Shown piece after piece: positions 24,533-38,582 of a stretch of 64,000 bases of DNA. The DNA is from Eledone cirrhosa (taxonomy: Eukaryota). Positions within the stretch are counted from its first letter, which is position 1, and each line of letters opens with the position of its first letter. The translations under genes were made by a program, and so were the position numbers. The notes under the pieces were generated by a model. The model saw only the letters and a program-made list of their open reading frames with translations. It was not told the origin of the DNA and did no database searches. The DNA is taken from positions 64,170,001 through 64,234,000 of the forward strand of contig OZ024746.1 of assembly GCA_964016885.1 (NCBI GenBank), given 5' to 3'.

Positions 24533-24790
24533 AAAGTTTTATTTAAATTGTTGGGATACAACAAGCAAATATTTTTATAACTGATATAAAGCACTCAACA
24601 AATATTTGGAGTAGATATACGATATTAATAAATGGAAACTATATTTATAAAACCATATTTATTTCATTATATATATTTCAAGGATACCAAGTTACATTAT
24701 GGTATGCCTTCATCAGACAAAATACAATATATAACAGTTTTATAAATAGACATTGACGTACCCCTTTTAAAAATTGACCATTGTTTTTGG
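24530..24790 (-). mobile_element. HHR family D short element, with the ribozyme at 24660-24724
   Basis: Minus strand UAUUUUGU-CUGAUGA-AGGCAUACCA..UGGUAUCCUU-GAAA-UAUAUA-UA^AUGAAAUA, ending in (TA)n. Homologous to 41557-42105 and 60518-60680. Confidence 0.75.
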
Positions 24791-25856
24791 AGGCCATCAG
24801 GATAGTGATTTGTTTACTTTAGTAAGTCATAGTGTTAAGAGTAAGTAAAAAGATGGAGAGAGAGAGAGAAACGTGGAGAAAAGAAAGGGAGAGATAGATA
24901 AAGAAAAAGAAGAAATATATATATATATATATATATATGATTGTTACAACTCTTTCTATTCTGAGTTCAATTCCTGCTGAGGCTATCTTTGTCTTTCATC
25001 CATTCAGGTTCAATAAAGTGTGATGGGTTGGTTTTATCTGTTCCTGCTCTGTGTGTTCAGAGTTTAAATCAAACCTCCTCTTATCAAAAAAAAAAACACT
25101 AACATATTAGGATTAGCTAAACTTACAAAACAAATAACCAGGTGATGCTGGTTATTTGTTTCTTCAAAAGTATTCAAAATATTTCCATTAATAATGATTC
25201 CCATCATCTTAACTTTTTTAATTAAAAAATAATATTTAATGATTAAATTTAAGAATTTGTAAATTATAATGTATAAACATCAAAATTTCTTCATTTTTTG
25301 AGCATAGTTGATTTCCTACAGGCTCATGTATGTTACCTCCTACAATAAAATCAACCTAATTTTGTCATCATATATTCTCAGATAGCAGCTCCATAATTGT
25401 GATTATTTATGAAATATTATTACATATTATTAACAGTTAATTATAAATTGCATTTCCATATCACAGTGCATAATTACATAATAGATAATCAACTGCCAAT
25501 TAATTGGTATTGGGTGGTAAAGTAAAGTTGATTAATTGGTAATTGGCCAATTTGCTTATCAGGGCATTATAAGTTTCAATGCCAACTTCAAAATGTGTAC
25601 ATGGAAATTATTGTCTAATTTTAAGTTTGCTTTGAATTTGAAATTGAAAAGAATTCTATTTTATAAATACGAAGTTAATGCAGGTTTAAATACTGTCAGA
25701 ATAATTCCAATGGTTAACAATTTTGAAAATTAATTTAAATTTTAATGTAAAATTCACCACCTCATTTGAGAAAGGAAAAAGAATATATTCTTTAAAAAAT
25801 AGACGAAACACATACACCATGTACATGCATGCACATGCATGCGCATGCATGCACAT

Positions 25857-26220
25857 GCAAAGATTGGAAAGAAATGAAGCTTGCATACTCAAATGGATGT
25901 GTAATAGTAATATACACAAATGGCAAAGTGTAAACGAATTTGGCATAAGTATCAGATGCAGTATGCTAGAGAGGAGATTGCGTTGGCATGGCCATGTGAT
26001 GTGTATAAAGGATGACAGCTGTATAAAAAGGGTGCAGGGTGATAAAAGTTGATGGAAGTTATGGAGTAGGAAGACCCAGGAAGACCTGGGATGAGGTGAT
26101 AAAAGCTGACCTTGCACAATTGCACCCCTCAAAGGGGATGACACGGGATCAAGATCTTTGGTGTTATGCAGTGATACAGAAGGCCAGCCTCCCCATGCAC
26201 ATGGACTGAAATATACATCT
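25857..26220 (+). mobile_element. Old RTE LINE 3' fragment
   Basis: QRLERNEA.ILKWMCN..ERRLRWHGHVM. Confidence 0.75.
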
Positions 26221-26319
26221 AGTAGGCACCTCTTAACCACTATAACCTCCCTGCCATACACCTCCGACACTCAACCCCCACCTACCCTCTTTTGTTCACA
26301 CTACCCTTACACTGAAAAG

Positions 26320-26673
26320 TTGTCATGTTGGTGTCACAGCAAAATGAACCCAACCCTCACTGTAAAGTGGTTGTATATGTATAGCTGTCATGACAAAGAG
26401 TACCCAGTCACACTATAAAGTAGTCATGTAGGTGTCACAACAAAAAGCATTCAGCCCTCACTGTAAAGTGGTCGTGTAGGTGTCATGACAAAAAGCACCC
26501 AGCACACACTGTAAATGTGGTTGGTGTTAGAAAGGGCATCCAGCCATAGAAACCTAGCCAGAAACAGTTCTGTATGAACAAGACATGGTCACCTAATCCA
26601 ACATGCCTCAGACGACAACCTGTCTAACCCATGCTAGCATGGTAAATGGATGTTAAACGATGATGATGATGAT
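26320..26673 (+). mobile_element. Diverged family C SINE-like element
   Basis: Repeated cactgtaaagtggt units, then ggttggtgttagaaagggcatccag, acccatgctagcatgg and (GAT)n. Confidence 0.7.
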
Positions 26674-28359
26674 GCAAATACATGAACACATACACACACA
26701 CATACACACACATGCAAACATACACACATAAAGCCTCCTTTCATTGATATTACTATGGTAATATGTTTGTTTTACATCTTCTATCCCTACTATAAAATAT
26801 CTGTTTATCCAAAATATTTATAGCTGCACCCCGACTCCTATTAAAATGTTTTTCTTTACAAGAAAATCTGTTTAGTCTTTTAGTTCTGTACAGGGATATC
26901 AATTTAGCCTTGCTTTAAAAGATTATTGGAGTTGATATTCTGAGAGAAAAGCAGATGCAGGTCAGTCAAAAGATTAAATTCAGCTTCAGACCAATCAGAA
27001 CCATTCATGCTCTCTTAGTTATAAATGATATATAACAGTAACTTTTTTTAAATAGATCATCTAAGGATATAGATTTAACAAGTGTATTTTAAGTGTGTGT
27101 AACTCACTATAGAGCTCACATTTCTGACCCTTGTATTATAGCAAACTGTGTACCAGGTTTTTTTTAGATGAGTTAGAAAATGCCAGGATATTTAGAAAAT
27201 TTAAGCACTTTGAAAAAAAGGTTCTAACTTGGAAATATAATGAAATATAAAATAAAGTTTAAACTATTATGTTTTGCTTTTCTTACTTTACATTATTCTA
27301 GTTTTCACTTTAGAATTTCCAATTTACATCATAGCAGCTTTCCCCACACAATCAGAAACATATCCCCCAATACTCCTCATAAAATATATTGAGTGTTTTT
27401 AATTTTAATACACCAAACCGGTGAATGTGTATTTCTTTGCAATGAAGTGCCACATTTCTGTTTTAAAACAATTTTAATACTTGTTTTCAAAAAAAATTAT
27501 TGTGTGCTACAATACTTCTAGCATCGTATCCAGTATGATGTGGATTGAAAAGTTTGAAAACTCACTATTACAGGAAATAATATTTTTTGTCATTGTCATC
27601 ATTACCAACATTTCAATGTCTATTTTCTATACTAATGTATATCCCTAATCATCTTGATTTTCCATAATTTTTTCTTTGATTTTCCCCACATATTTCAACA
27701 CCTTTTTCAGTCATTCTTTTTCACTAGTACAACACGCAGTACTAATATTAATTTTAAAAAAGTCTAAAGTCTATCTTAAGCCAGAAGGCTCATTTGGCTG
27801 GTGCTTATCCCAGTTTCATGGCATGAAGCGACTGAGAGTACAAAACTTCCCCCTGGATAGGATGCCAGTCCATCGCAGGGTTAAACCCCCCTCTATTGCT
27901 GGTACTCATTTTCAGCTGAGTATACTGGAGCAACGTGAAATGAAGTGTTTTGCTCAAGAACACATCACACAACTCAACATTATGATGATAAGTCCAACAC
28001 CCTTACCACTAGGCCACGTACCTCCACTACTAATACAACACATAGTACTATTTCACTCAACTCTCATCATTCATTAAGATCACATATTTATACTACCACA
28101 GTTATCTCTCCTGCATATCCAGTTCTATTTAATACCTTCAAACTCTCTTAATTCACTCATGCTCAGTTTCCCATGCAGATTAATGTTTGTGAGGAAGATT
28201 TACACTATCACCTAATTTAACACAGCCACTTGGTCTTTGGCTGCTTTTAAGTGAATAAAGTATTCTTGTTTAAGGAATACCTTATTCGCTCCTGTCCCTA
28301 GTTTTAGAAGCCCTGAAAGGGTTATGAGGACTACCCTTCTCTCCTTGGCAAAGTAGGCA

Positions 28360-28435
28360 AAAATAAAAAAAAAAATAAAAAAAAAAATAAAAATAAAAAA
28401 AAAAATAAAAAAAAAATAAAAAAAAAAAATAAAAA

Positions 28436-28466
<31 letters not shown>

Positions 28467-28561
28467 TAAAAATAAAAATAAAAATAAAAATAAAAATAAA
28501 AATAAAAATAAAAATAAAAATAAAAATAAAAATAAAAATAAAAATAAAAATAAAATAAAAA
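28360..28561. repeat. (TAAAAA)n repeat
   Basis: Direct reading; lies 3' of the minus-strand RTE fragment. Confidence 0.95.
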
Positions 28562-28574
28562 ACACCAAATGGCT

Positions 28575-29438
28575 CGTGTTTCCCTCATCTATCTCTATCC
28601 AGACTCTGCAGCTTTTTCATGTTCAGTGTTCATCTTTCTCTAAGGCGGGTAAAATTCCCGAGATCCATGGACGAGTTCTCTCCAGCGGTCTCTGTCCCTC
28701 ATTATCGCTGCCATATCCTGCATCTCCAACAGACCAGTGTCTGTCCTTAGGGCATCAACATATGTTAACCTTGGTCTTCCTCTTCTAGTGTGTCCATGTA
28801 GGGGCTCCCAAAGGAGCACTGAGTGCAATGTCAACTCTGGATGTCAGTGAGCATGTCCAGCCAACCTCAGTCTCCTCTGTGTCACTTCTGAGCTGACTTT
28901 TGCGATGCTCCCATACAGCTCTGAGTTTTTCATCCTCAGTGTATACTGATTAATGTTCAGAGCCATCCTCAGCATTCTTGTGTAGCACCCATCCACCATC
29001 TGAGTGAGTCTCTTGGTCAGTGTCCAAGTCTCAGACCCATACAGCAGCACAGACTCCACTACAGCAATGAAGAGGCGGACTTTCAGGTCTCTACGAAGGT
29101 CCGACCTCCACACCGATCTCAAGCTGTGACACGCCGCCCAGGCCTTGCTCTTCCTCCCAACCACATCATCTTCCGTATTCCCAATCTTTGCTCCCAAATA
29201 CAGGAAGTCCTCAACCAATTCCAGCGGCTTCCCGCCTACATTAGTGATCCCCTCTGGCTTCTCAACATTCTCCACCAGATATTTTGTTTTAGTCTCATTC
29301 ATTCTCAGCCCCACACTCATCGACACAGTCTCAACCTCCCGCATCAAATCCTCTGCCTCCTTCACTGTATTTGTCACCAAAACTATGTCGTCGGCAAATT
29401 CAGTATCGGATGCTGAATTTGCCGACGACATAGTTTTG
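28575..29438 (-). mobile_element. RTE-clade LINE 3' fragment (family 2) with a fold-back at its 5' truncation
   Basis: EFADDIVL..GLRMNETKTKY..FLYLG..VLLYGSETW..RRLRLAGH, one internal stop, then RRGRPR..RDRWRELV. 30-bp inverted arms at 29378-29438. Confidence 0.92.
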
Positions 29439-29500
29439 TTCATCTTTAACTTCCATTTTTCACCACAATTTCACTCCTGATTGATACAGTCTGCTTTTCC

Positions 29501-29566
<66 letters not shown>

Positions 29567-29621
29567 TTAAATAGATATTAAAAATAAAAAAAAAATAAAT
29601 CATTATTATTGTTTTAAAGGG

Positions 29622-29790
29622 CAGTGGTTTGGCAGTATAGGGAGAGCGTCAGACACCCTGCTTTGCAACATAGAGTTATGGCCTTTTGCGTTCTGGGTTT
29701 AAATCCTGCCGAGGTTAACTTTGCCTTTCATCCTTATGGGGTCGATAAAATAAAGTACCAGTAATGTACTGAGGTCAATTTAATCGGACC

Positions 29791-29821
<31 letters not shown>

Positions 29822-29853
29822 ATTACTGGCCTTGTGCCTATACTAGAAATCAT
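29622..29853 (+). mobile_element. SINE family A variant with an internal poly-C/poly-A tract
   Basis: Matches the consensus on both sides of cccc..aaaa. Confidence 0.75.
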
Positions 29854-30147
29854 TATTGTTTTATTGCTGGCATGGGTTGGATGAGATTTTTAGGCAGTAT
29901 TCTATGGCTGGATGTCTTTCAAGAATTCCCCAAATTCTTCCACTCCTTCTTTACTCTAGTTACTCTGCTTTCACTACAACCATCATCATGACTAATCCAA
30001 TTATATAGGTAACAGAAAGCTTTAGCTATGTCTAGTGAGCTATACAAGTAGCACATTGATTTCTTTTGATTAGTACTCTTACTTCTAACTACCCTTATGT
30101 AGCCATTACATCTGAATTCCTGATATAAATATATCTATACACTAATT

Positions 30148-30378
30148 CACATGCACACACGCACACCACACATATACATGCACACACACACACACACCAC
30201 ACATACACCACACACCACACACACCACACATACACACATACACACACACACATACACACACACCACACACCACACATACACACATACACACACACACTAC
30301 ACACCACACATACACCCCACACACCACACACACACACCACACATACACCACACATACACGCACACACACACCACGCAT

Positions 30379-30426
<48 letters not shown>

Positions 30427-30513
30427 GACACACCACACATACACCCCACATACACCACACACACATCACACATACCCCACACATACACCACACACACACA
30501 CCACACATACACG

Positions 30514-30591
<78 letters not shown>

Positions 30592-30597
30592 ACACAT
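30148..30597. repeat. (CA)n-derived microsatellite
   Basis: Direct reading. Confidence 0.97.
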
Positions 30598-31379
30598 AAC
30601 CCTTTCATGATCATATTGCTAACAAGAATAGACAGCCTATGTATTTCTATTGATTTTCAAAATGAGAATTCAATGTGTTTAGTAAAATAACAATATTTTA
30701 TTGGTATATTAAGCATGTGTTTGCAATACAGCTTAAAAGGTTCTTGCATAAAATTGCAATTGAAATTTTCCCTCAAGTTATTATTTATGCAATAACATTT
30801 TGTTAGCAATTTTAATTTAAATATGAAACCTTTTTGTTATAGAATTAGATATGGTTTCAGGCAGACTCATAACTTAGATAAGGTATAGGAAGATATAAAT
30901 TGTCAATTTTTGTTTTAAATTTCAATGTTTAAGAAGTAATCTAGCTAGGTACTCTCCATAAGGTCCAACATTTTAAAGAGTGTAGGGCTTATAGGATAGT
31001 GATTTTCTTCTATATTGAGCAAGTTCTTAGAATATCTCATACTGGTAGCATTGCTATCTGTCCTAATACCTTAATTATTGAAAGAATGTTGTTCTGAAAT
31101 ATAGGTGTTAAAATGTGGTACCCTATTTGAAAGATGTCAGAATGCAGTTTGGAAGGATTGAAAGGTCTTATTATAGAGTAAATGACCACATATACATAAA
31201 TTCTCTTTTGTTAATTTAAAGGTCACAAATTCACTGCCACCTTGCTCCCCCATCTCAGAGCACGGTGGCAGCATGCTACTTTGTCCGTCTCTGGGTAAAA
31301 AACACAAACTTTTTCTTCTGTCTTTTCTATACTTGTTTCCCTTAAAGTTTACCAGCATTCCGTTGGTATACATCTACTA

Positions 31380-31450
31380 TGCAAATAACACCTGATGAGG
31401 TCACCAGGTTCTTAAGTAACCTGGTCACTAAAATGTGTATAGTGTTTGCA
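31380..31450 (+). ncRNA. Decayed hammerhead ribozyme (family F)
   Basis: UGCAAAUAACAC-CUGAUGA-..ACCAGGUU..AACCUGGU..-[AAAA instead of GAAA]-UGUGUA-UA^GUGUUUGCA, followed by AATAAA and (TA)n. Confidence 0.6.
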
Positions 31451-31503
31451 GAAATAAATTAAGAAAATTCAACATATTTGGCCTCCTGTCATTTCACTTT
31501 ATA

Positions 31504-31811
<308 letters not shown>

Positions 31812-32969
31812 CATCATCATCATCATCATCATTTTACATCCACTTTTCCCTGCTTGCAAGGGTGGGACGGGTCTTATTCACCACAGCATCTCTCCACTCG
31901 TCATGGTCATTCGTCATCTCCACCGTGAGCTTTAATGATCTGAGGTCTGCTCTCACCACCTCCGCCCATGTTTTTCATCGTCTACTTCTTCTACGTCTTC
32001 CTTCAACTGGCATTTCTTGGCACTTCTTCACCTATCGGTCATCCTCCATGCGCATCACATGTCCATACCATCACAGTCTCCTCTCTCCTGCACACTACAT
32101 TCTATCTCTCTCAGACACAGTTTCTCTCTCAACACATCCATGCTCGGTCGTTCACACACATTGACATTGCACATCCAACGGAGCATGCTTGCCTCATTTC
32201 TCTCCAGCCATCACATATCCTCTGCAGTTGCTGCCCATATCTCACTACCATGCAGCATCACGCACATCACACAGGCATCATATAACCGGCCTTTTGTACG
32301 CAGGGAGAAACTCTTCTTCGTCAGCAGAGGAAGCAGCTCCCTAAACTTCTTCCAACCCGTCCTTATTCTAGATACTATGGCCTCGGAACATCCCATCCCA
32401 TGCTAATCTGATCACCTAGGTACCAGAAGCTATCAACCACTTCTATAGCACCCACCTGCATTTGAAAAATGTGTCTATCAATGCAACTTCTACTGTCTAA
32501 TTTCCCTGTACATCTACTGCATACTAATTTCTCCCTATCTGTTAGTTTGCCTGCTATCCCACTACATCTCTTGTGTACCCAGGATCTGCATTGTGTACAT
32601 TTTATAGAATTTATGTCAGTTCCTTTTCTGCATAGCGAACATGGCCATTTCCCTGACGGAATCAGGGTTTGTCCTCTTTTCTACTCATCAACACTTTTGT
32701 CTTAGCTAGGTTCACTCTCAGTCCTCTTGATTCCAACTGCTGTTTCCAAAGCCTGAATTTATTCTCTAGCTCCTATAGTGATTCTGCTATAAGAACTAGA
32801 TCATCAGCATAGAGAAGTTCCCATGGACAGCCAGTCTTAAACTTCTCTGTTATGGCTTGGAGGACTATAATGAACAAGAGCGGGCTGAGGACCGAACCTT
32901 GATGTACTCCTACTTGTATCTGGAATTCCTCACTAAACTCCATTCCTACCCTCACTTTACTGACAGCAC

Positions 32970-32970
<1 letters not shown>
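31812..32970 (-). mobile_element. RTE LINE family 1, 3' fragment
   Basis: GVHQGSVLSPLLF, LLYADDLVL, LHGSEIW; reverse-complement homologous to 7655-8813. Confidence 0.92.
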
Positions 32971-33046
<76 letters not shown>

Positions 33047-33177
33047 AGTGGAGAGGAGCTGTGGTAGAGGAAGACCAAGGAAGACCTAGGCAGAGGTTAA
33101 GATGATTGGAGAGATGCTGTGCTGGAAAGAACCAATAAATGCAAGGAAAAGCAGACATAAATGGTGATGATAATGAT

Positions 33178-33355
33178 AATTGTTTCTACGTTAGGTACAA
33201 GGCCAGCAATTACCCAGTGTATTACTGGTACTTTATTTTATCGACCCCGTAAGGATGAAAGGCAAAGTTAATCTCGGCGGGATTTGAACTCAATCCGTAA
33301 AGGGACGTAACTGTGCTGCAAAGCATGGCGTCCGACCCTCTACCGATACTGCCAA
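33178..33355 (-). mobile_element. SINE family A
   Basis: Reverse complement of the consensus. Confidence 0.88.
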
Positions 33356-34910
33356 ATGATAATGGTGATACATCATAGGCTTCCACATAGTTTCTGTTAC
33401 CAACAAGGCATTAATCAACCTGAGGGTATGGAAGAAGACAAGATGCTGTGCAGTGGGATCAAACTTGGAACCAGGAGTACCACAAACTGAACCTCTTTAC
33501 CACATAACGATACCAGCATACATACATATCAGTACTTTGTTTTATCATTTGAAGATTGAGTCTTTTCAAACTTGATAACAAAAACGGAAATAGGAGGAAT
33601 TTCTTACTTTCTTTCCTTTCCTTTTATTTATTTATTTATATTTTCAAATAATTCATTATCAAGAAATTTTACCTAAACCATTTTAAAAATAAAAATAGAG
33701 AAATTTCTATGTATCTCGTTTTATTAACGGCAGTCATTTTAATTTTGACATAATAATTTCGTTGTTTTGATATGGCTTAATATAAGATACATATTATATG
33801 TTATATGTATATATTTCCATAGTAGTTGTGCACTCAAGAAGGATATTTGATGTTTTTATTGCAATATTTTAGATTTTAAAAATATTGCCTGAAAGTGAAC
33901 CTTTATTTCTATTGATATTTAATTTTACGCTGGAATTATATCTCTTCAAGTATTCACGATCATTCTCTCAATTATGATTTATGTTTCCACAGTGGTAATT
34001 TAGCATTGTAGCAAGGCATTCATTATCTTCACTTCTTTTATTTTCAGCAGAAACATCAAAAGATATTTCATGGTTGAAGATTTTATTGACTAAGGCCTAT
34101 TTGTTTTCTTTTGTAACTGAGCCATCTGAAAATGCATACACAGACATTAGATACACACATAAATATGTACACACATTCACATACATGCATTCTCATACAT
34201 ACATATGTTCACATACATACATTTGTTCACATATTTGCATATACATACATACATACCACTGCACATCATTGCAGTTCAAAATTTCTCCTACTTTTCACTG
34301 TTTCCAACATGTTCGATCAACTGAAAGAATGTCTGAGCAATTCTATTCTAAATATTTATAACAGTTTATCTATTTTAAGATCAGTGAAAAACAAAAATAA
34401 AATCAAACAAAATATTCAGCAATCTAGATATACTGTGTCTTCTTTAAAACATTATGGTTTTAACTTAAAACCAAGTAAAGAGATATTCTTTAAATTTAGT
34501 TTACATATTTAAATGTGTCACTAAATATCTGAGTGACTTTTCTTTTCATTTTCTATTCATAAATTAAAACGTAATGTTCTCTCGTTTTATGAACATAAAC
34601 ATCATATATAATTTTTTCTGTTAATGTGCAGATATTGATACATAGGTTGTGACAGAAGGAAATATTCCAAGGAAAATGGTAGAAATGTTGGAACATAACT
34701 GAATTGATGTATTTAGTTTGCATGGAGAGCTGCACCAATGAAACGGATAATGGGAAATGTATTTAGATATGAATTCTTCTGAGTAGGTAATAATATTGAA
34801 TTTCAAGATGTGAAGTGGATGGAGTAGAAATTGTGAGTTGTGTATTATAGTCAAACATAGTAAAAATCTGCATAACAATATATAACACTGCTGATGTTAT
34901 TTGTAGTCAA

Positions 34911-34982
34911 ATATATATATAATATAATACATATAATATAAATATATATATGATATATATATATATATATGATATATATATA

Positions 34983-35053
<71 letters not shown>

Positions 35054-35170
35054 ATATAATATATATATATATATATATCATATATATATGATATATATAT
35101 ATATCATATATATATATGATATATATATATATATATGATATATATATATGATATATATATATATATATAT
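34911..35170. repeat. (TA)n microsatellite
   Basis: Direct reading. Confidence 0.95.
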
Positions 35171-36142
35171 AAATAAAATAACAGGAGGCTGGACTGGTGT
35201 AAATCCTTGAAAAGTTTATTATACTATGATCATTTCAATGACCGGGTTCCGTATGAATCCGGTGATATCATCAGGTATTCGAAATATAACAAAGGAATAT
35301 ATAAAATCCATGGGTCCAAAATCAGAGACAGAGAGGACGACTGACCAACTAGCTGCCTTCACCTTGGTCAGTCACCCTCAAGTGATGGCAACTCGGTCCA
35401 CTAATGACCATCTGATGAGGGGGCGAAAGCTTATAATGTACTACCACCTCTCCGTCAGAGAATAAAAAAAGAGAAGAAAGAAAAAAAGAAGAAAAGTCAG
35501 CGTAAGGGTTACACTACAGTCATGCTAGAAGATGCCGCAAAAAATGTTATTCCAAAGAACCCATATTTTAACAAAGGCATATATATGGGTGTCTGTATGG
35601 TCTAATGTGTGAACAGAAAATTGGAACATTAACTTATGTTAAGAGTTATAAGATGAAATTAAATTGTTAGAAAATTAATAGAAAATTAAATGTTTGTGTT
35701 GCGAGATTTATTTAATGAAATTACAGAGAGAGTCTTATATGAAAATGTTTAAGTGTATTATAGGGAATCTCGATAAGTTATCAAGGTGGAATATAGAGTA
35801 AAGATAAAAGCCTTCGATTGTAAATCCCAGCCAGCACCTCCCAACCACGTGTCAGCCAGTTTCAAGTGGTATCGTCTAGCGAAATAAATGGATATTAATT
35901 TTTTCGATTACTCTAGGAACGTAGCTTCGATAGGCTCCGAGTGTGCTAGCGGGAAGTCAACCAGCTTCTACAGGCCATCGTCTATACCAAACAAATACTA
36001 TTAATTCACACAGGAGGGGTTTATTTATCTGCCAGCACAGGGAGGCATGATACAGCTAACAGTTATGCCTAAGCCTAGAGTTTAAAGTTAGATTGGCCAT
36101 ACGGAATGACCAATTCTATCCAGTGGTGAACCAACAAACCTA
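35171..36142 (-). mobile_element. Decayed PLE-like remnant ending in HHR family B (ribozyme at 35221-35278)
   Basis: 35180-35325 is the reverse complement of 17615-17765 and includes an identical HHR core. The upstream part has a weak RT-like FTLYSTL stretch near 35785-35805. (TA)n on both sides. Confidence 0.6.
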
Positions 36143-36330
36143 AATATATATATATATATATAAGATATATATATATATGATATATATATATATATATATA
36201 TCATATATATGATATATATATATATATATATGATATATATATGATATATATATATACATACACACATTTTTATGTATCTTGCAAGCAGGGAAAAGCGGAT
36301 GTAAAATGATGATGGTGATGTGGCTATACG

Positions 36331-36375
<45 letters not shown>

Positions 36376-36571
36376 TAAAGTGATAAAGGTGGCTAAGAAA
36401 GAAGAGTGACAGACCATATATGTTACAGCATATAATTTCACTCTGCTAGTTTTCTCTGTTAAAATCTAATTAGGATCGATTTTTTTTGTTTGCTTTTCTT
36501 CCCTTGTATTCTCTTGGTAAGTCAATAAAATAAGCATCAGTGATATACTGGGATTGATTCAATTGACTGTA

Positions 36572-36616
36572 CATCATCATCACGATCCTTACCACCTTGA
36601 TGATGATCATAATCAC

Positions 36617-36648
<32 letters not shown>

Positions 36649-36856
36649 CCACCACCATCATTATCATCACCACCACCACTATCATCATTATCACCACCAC
36701 CACCATCATTATCATCATCACCACTACCATCATTATCATCATCACTATCACCATCATTATCACCCCCCCCACCACCCCACCACCACCACCATCATCATCA
36801 TCATCACCAACACCACCATCATTGTAATTACCAACACCACTGTTGCTGGTAACAAC

Positions 36857-36889
<33 letters not shown>

Positions 36890-37417
36890 AACCACCACCA
36901 CAACACTGCTGCTGCTACTACAACCACCACCATCACCATCATTATCACCACCACCAACACCACCACCACCACCACCATCATCATCACCAACACCACCACC
37001 ACCACCATCATTGTAATTACCAACACCACTGTTGCTGGTAACAACCATCATCATCATCATCATAACCACCACCACCACAACACTGCTGCTACTACAACCA
37101 CCACCATCACCATCATTATCACCACCACCACCACCACCACCACCATCATCATCATCACCAACACCACCACCACCATCACCACCATCATTGTAATTACCAA
37201 CACCACTGTTGCTGGTAACAACCATCATTATCATCATCATCGTAACCACCACCACCACAACACTGCTGCTGCTACAACCACCACCATCACCATCATTACC
37301 AGTACCACTGCTTGCTGCTTCCACAATCATCACCATTATCCTCATCAATATCACCACCACTGATGTTACTGCCACAACCACCCAGCATCACTATTATTGT
37401 TATCACCATCATCACCA
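36572..37417. repeat. (CAC/CAT)n triplet region with three ~180-190-bp higher-order units
   Basis: accatcattgtaattaccaacaccactgttgctggtaacaaccatcat recurs near 36815, 37004 and 37182. Confidence 0.9.
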
Positions 37418-38582
37418 TTAAAGATTCTAGAGATACCTGTTGCAGTCTTGAAGAAATGATAATTATAAGCAGTGACAGAAATAGTTTTGCAGCCATGATT
37501 CATGTTCATGAATTACAGAAAGATTCATACCCACGACCTTAAAATAGTCCATGGATTTCATATCATTATATAAATCTTCATTAAATATGCTCAATGATTA
37601 CAGAAGTTTGCATCAAAGATGTGCAAATTATGAGAATCTTTTCAGCTCTTAATTTAGTCGTAAATATGCACATTCATACTTCAAAATACTTAAACATACA
37701 TGTTTAAATTCAGCACTTTAAAATAGTCCATGGCTTTCATATCATTATATGAATCTTCTTATAGCATCTCTTACTTTGATGAAGATCAAGTTAAAGACTT
37801 CTCCATATTATCTTTAAGCAACAACCATACAAGCATGTTAACAGTTCACAACCTATAATCACAAAGATCTACTAATAACCTATACTGAGTGGTGAGCTGC
37901 CAACATTTTTACAACTGCTTCACTGAGCTGCCAAAATTATAACAAATAATTCACTGAGCTGTTAAAATTTTAACCGCTGGTTCTATATCAAAAAAATTTC
38001 CAAATTCAGTCATAAAATGTAGTAACTTGGCAAAGGATAGCTAATATTAATATCTCCATTAGCAGGCATTGAATATACAAAAAGCTGGAAATTGAGAAGT
38101 TGGTATATGCTGTACTCTCACTTAACCTATTTCCTCCATTTCCATCATTGATTATAACGTTTGAGAAATAAAAAAAAAATAGTAGAGATAATAAGGGAGG
38201 GAACAGTGAGTAATTCAGGTGAGACTGGGTAGGGCAGAATACATTATACTAGAAAGTCAAAAGAAAGCTATAGTGTATAGAGAATCTAGGGGTTGTAACA
38301 TATTGATGAAGGATATTTGACAATTAAATGATCATTTTCATCTGCAGGGTGTAATCTAGAATATTTCTATGTTTAACAGATTATCTATTTGTAACTAGGT
38401 GAGGTGAAGCGTGGGTGTGTGTATATATATATATATATAACAAAGAAATCTCGAAGGGGATTGGGAAATAATGAGATATTCAATACATTAGTGAAAAATA
38501 TATTTATATTATATTGAAAGGGCATGATGATTTCATACAAATGAAATAGTTCTAATCCTGTAGAAATCACACACACACACAC

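Noticed and set aside
35405-35440. CTGATGA-GGGGGC-GAAAGCTTA hammerhead-like string
   Set aside because: No stem II can form and stem I is weak; at best a deleted relic.
36470-37381. Long Gly/Asp/Met-rich and His/Thr-rich ORFs
   Set aside because: Triplet microsatellite open on both strands, with no splice or domain evidence.
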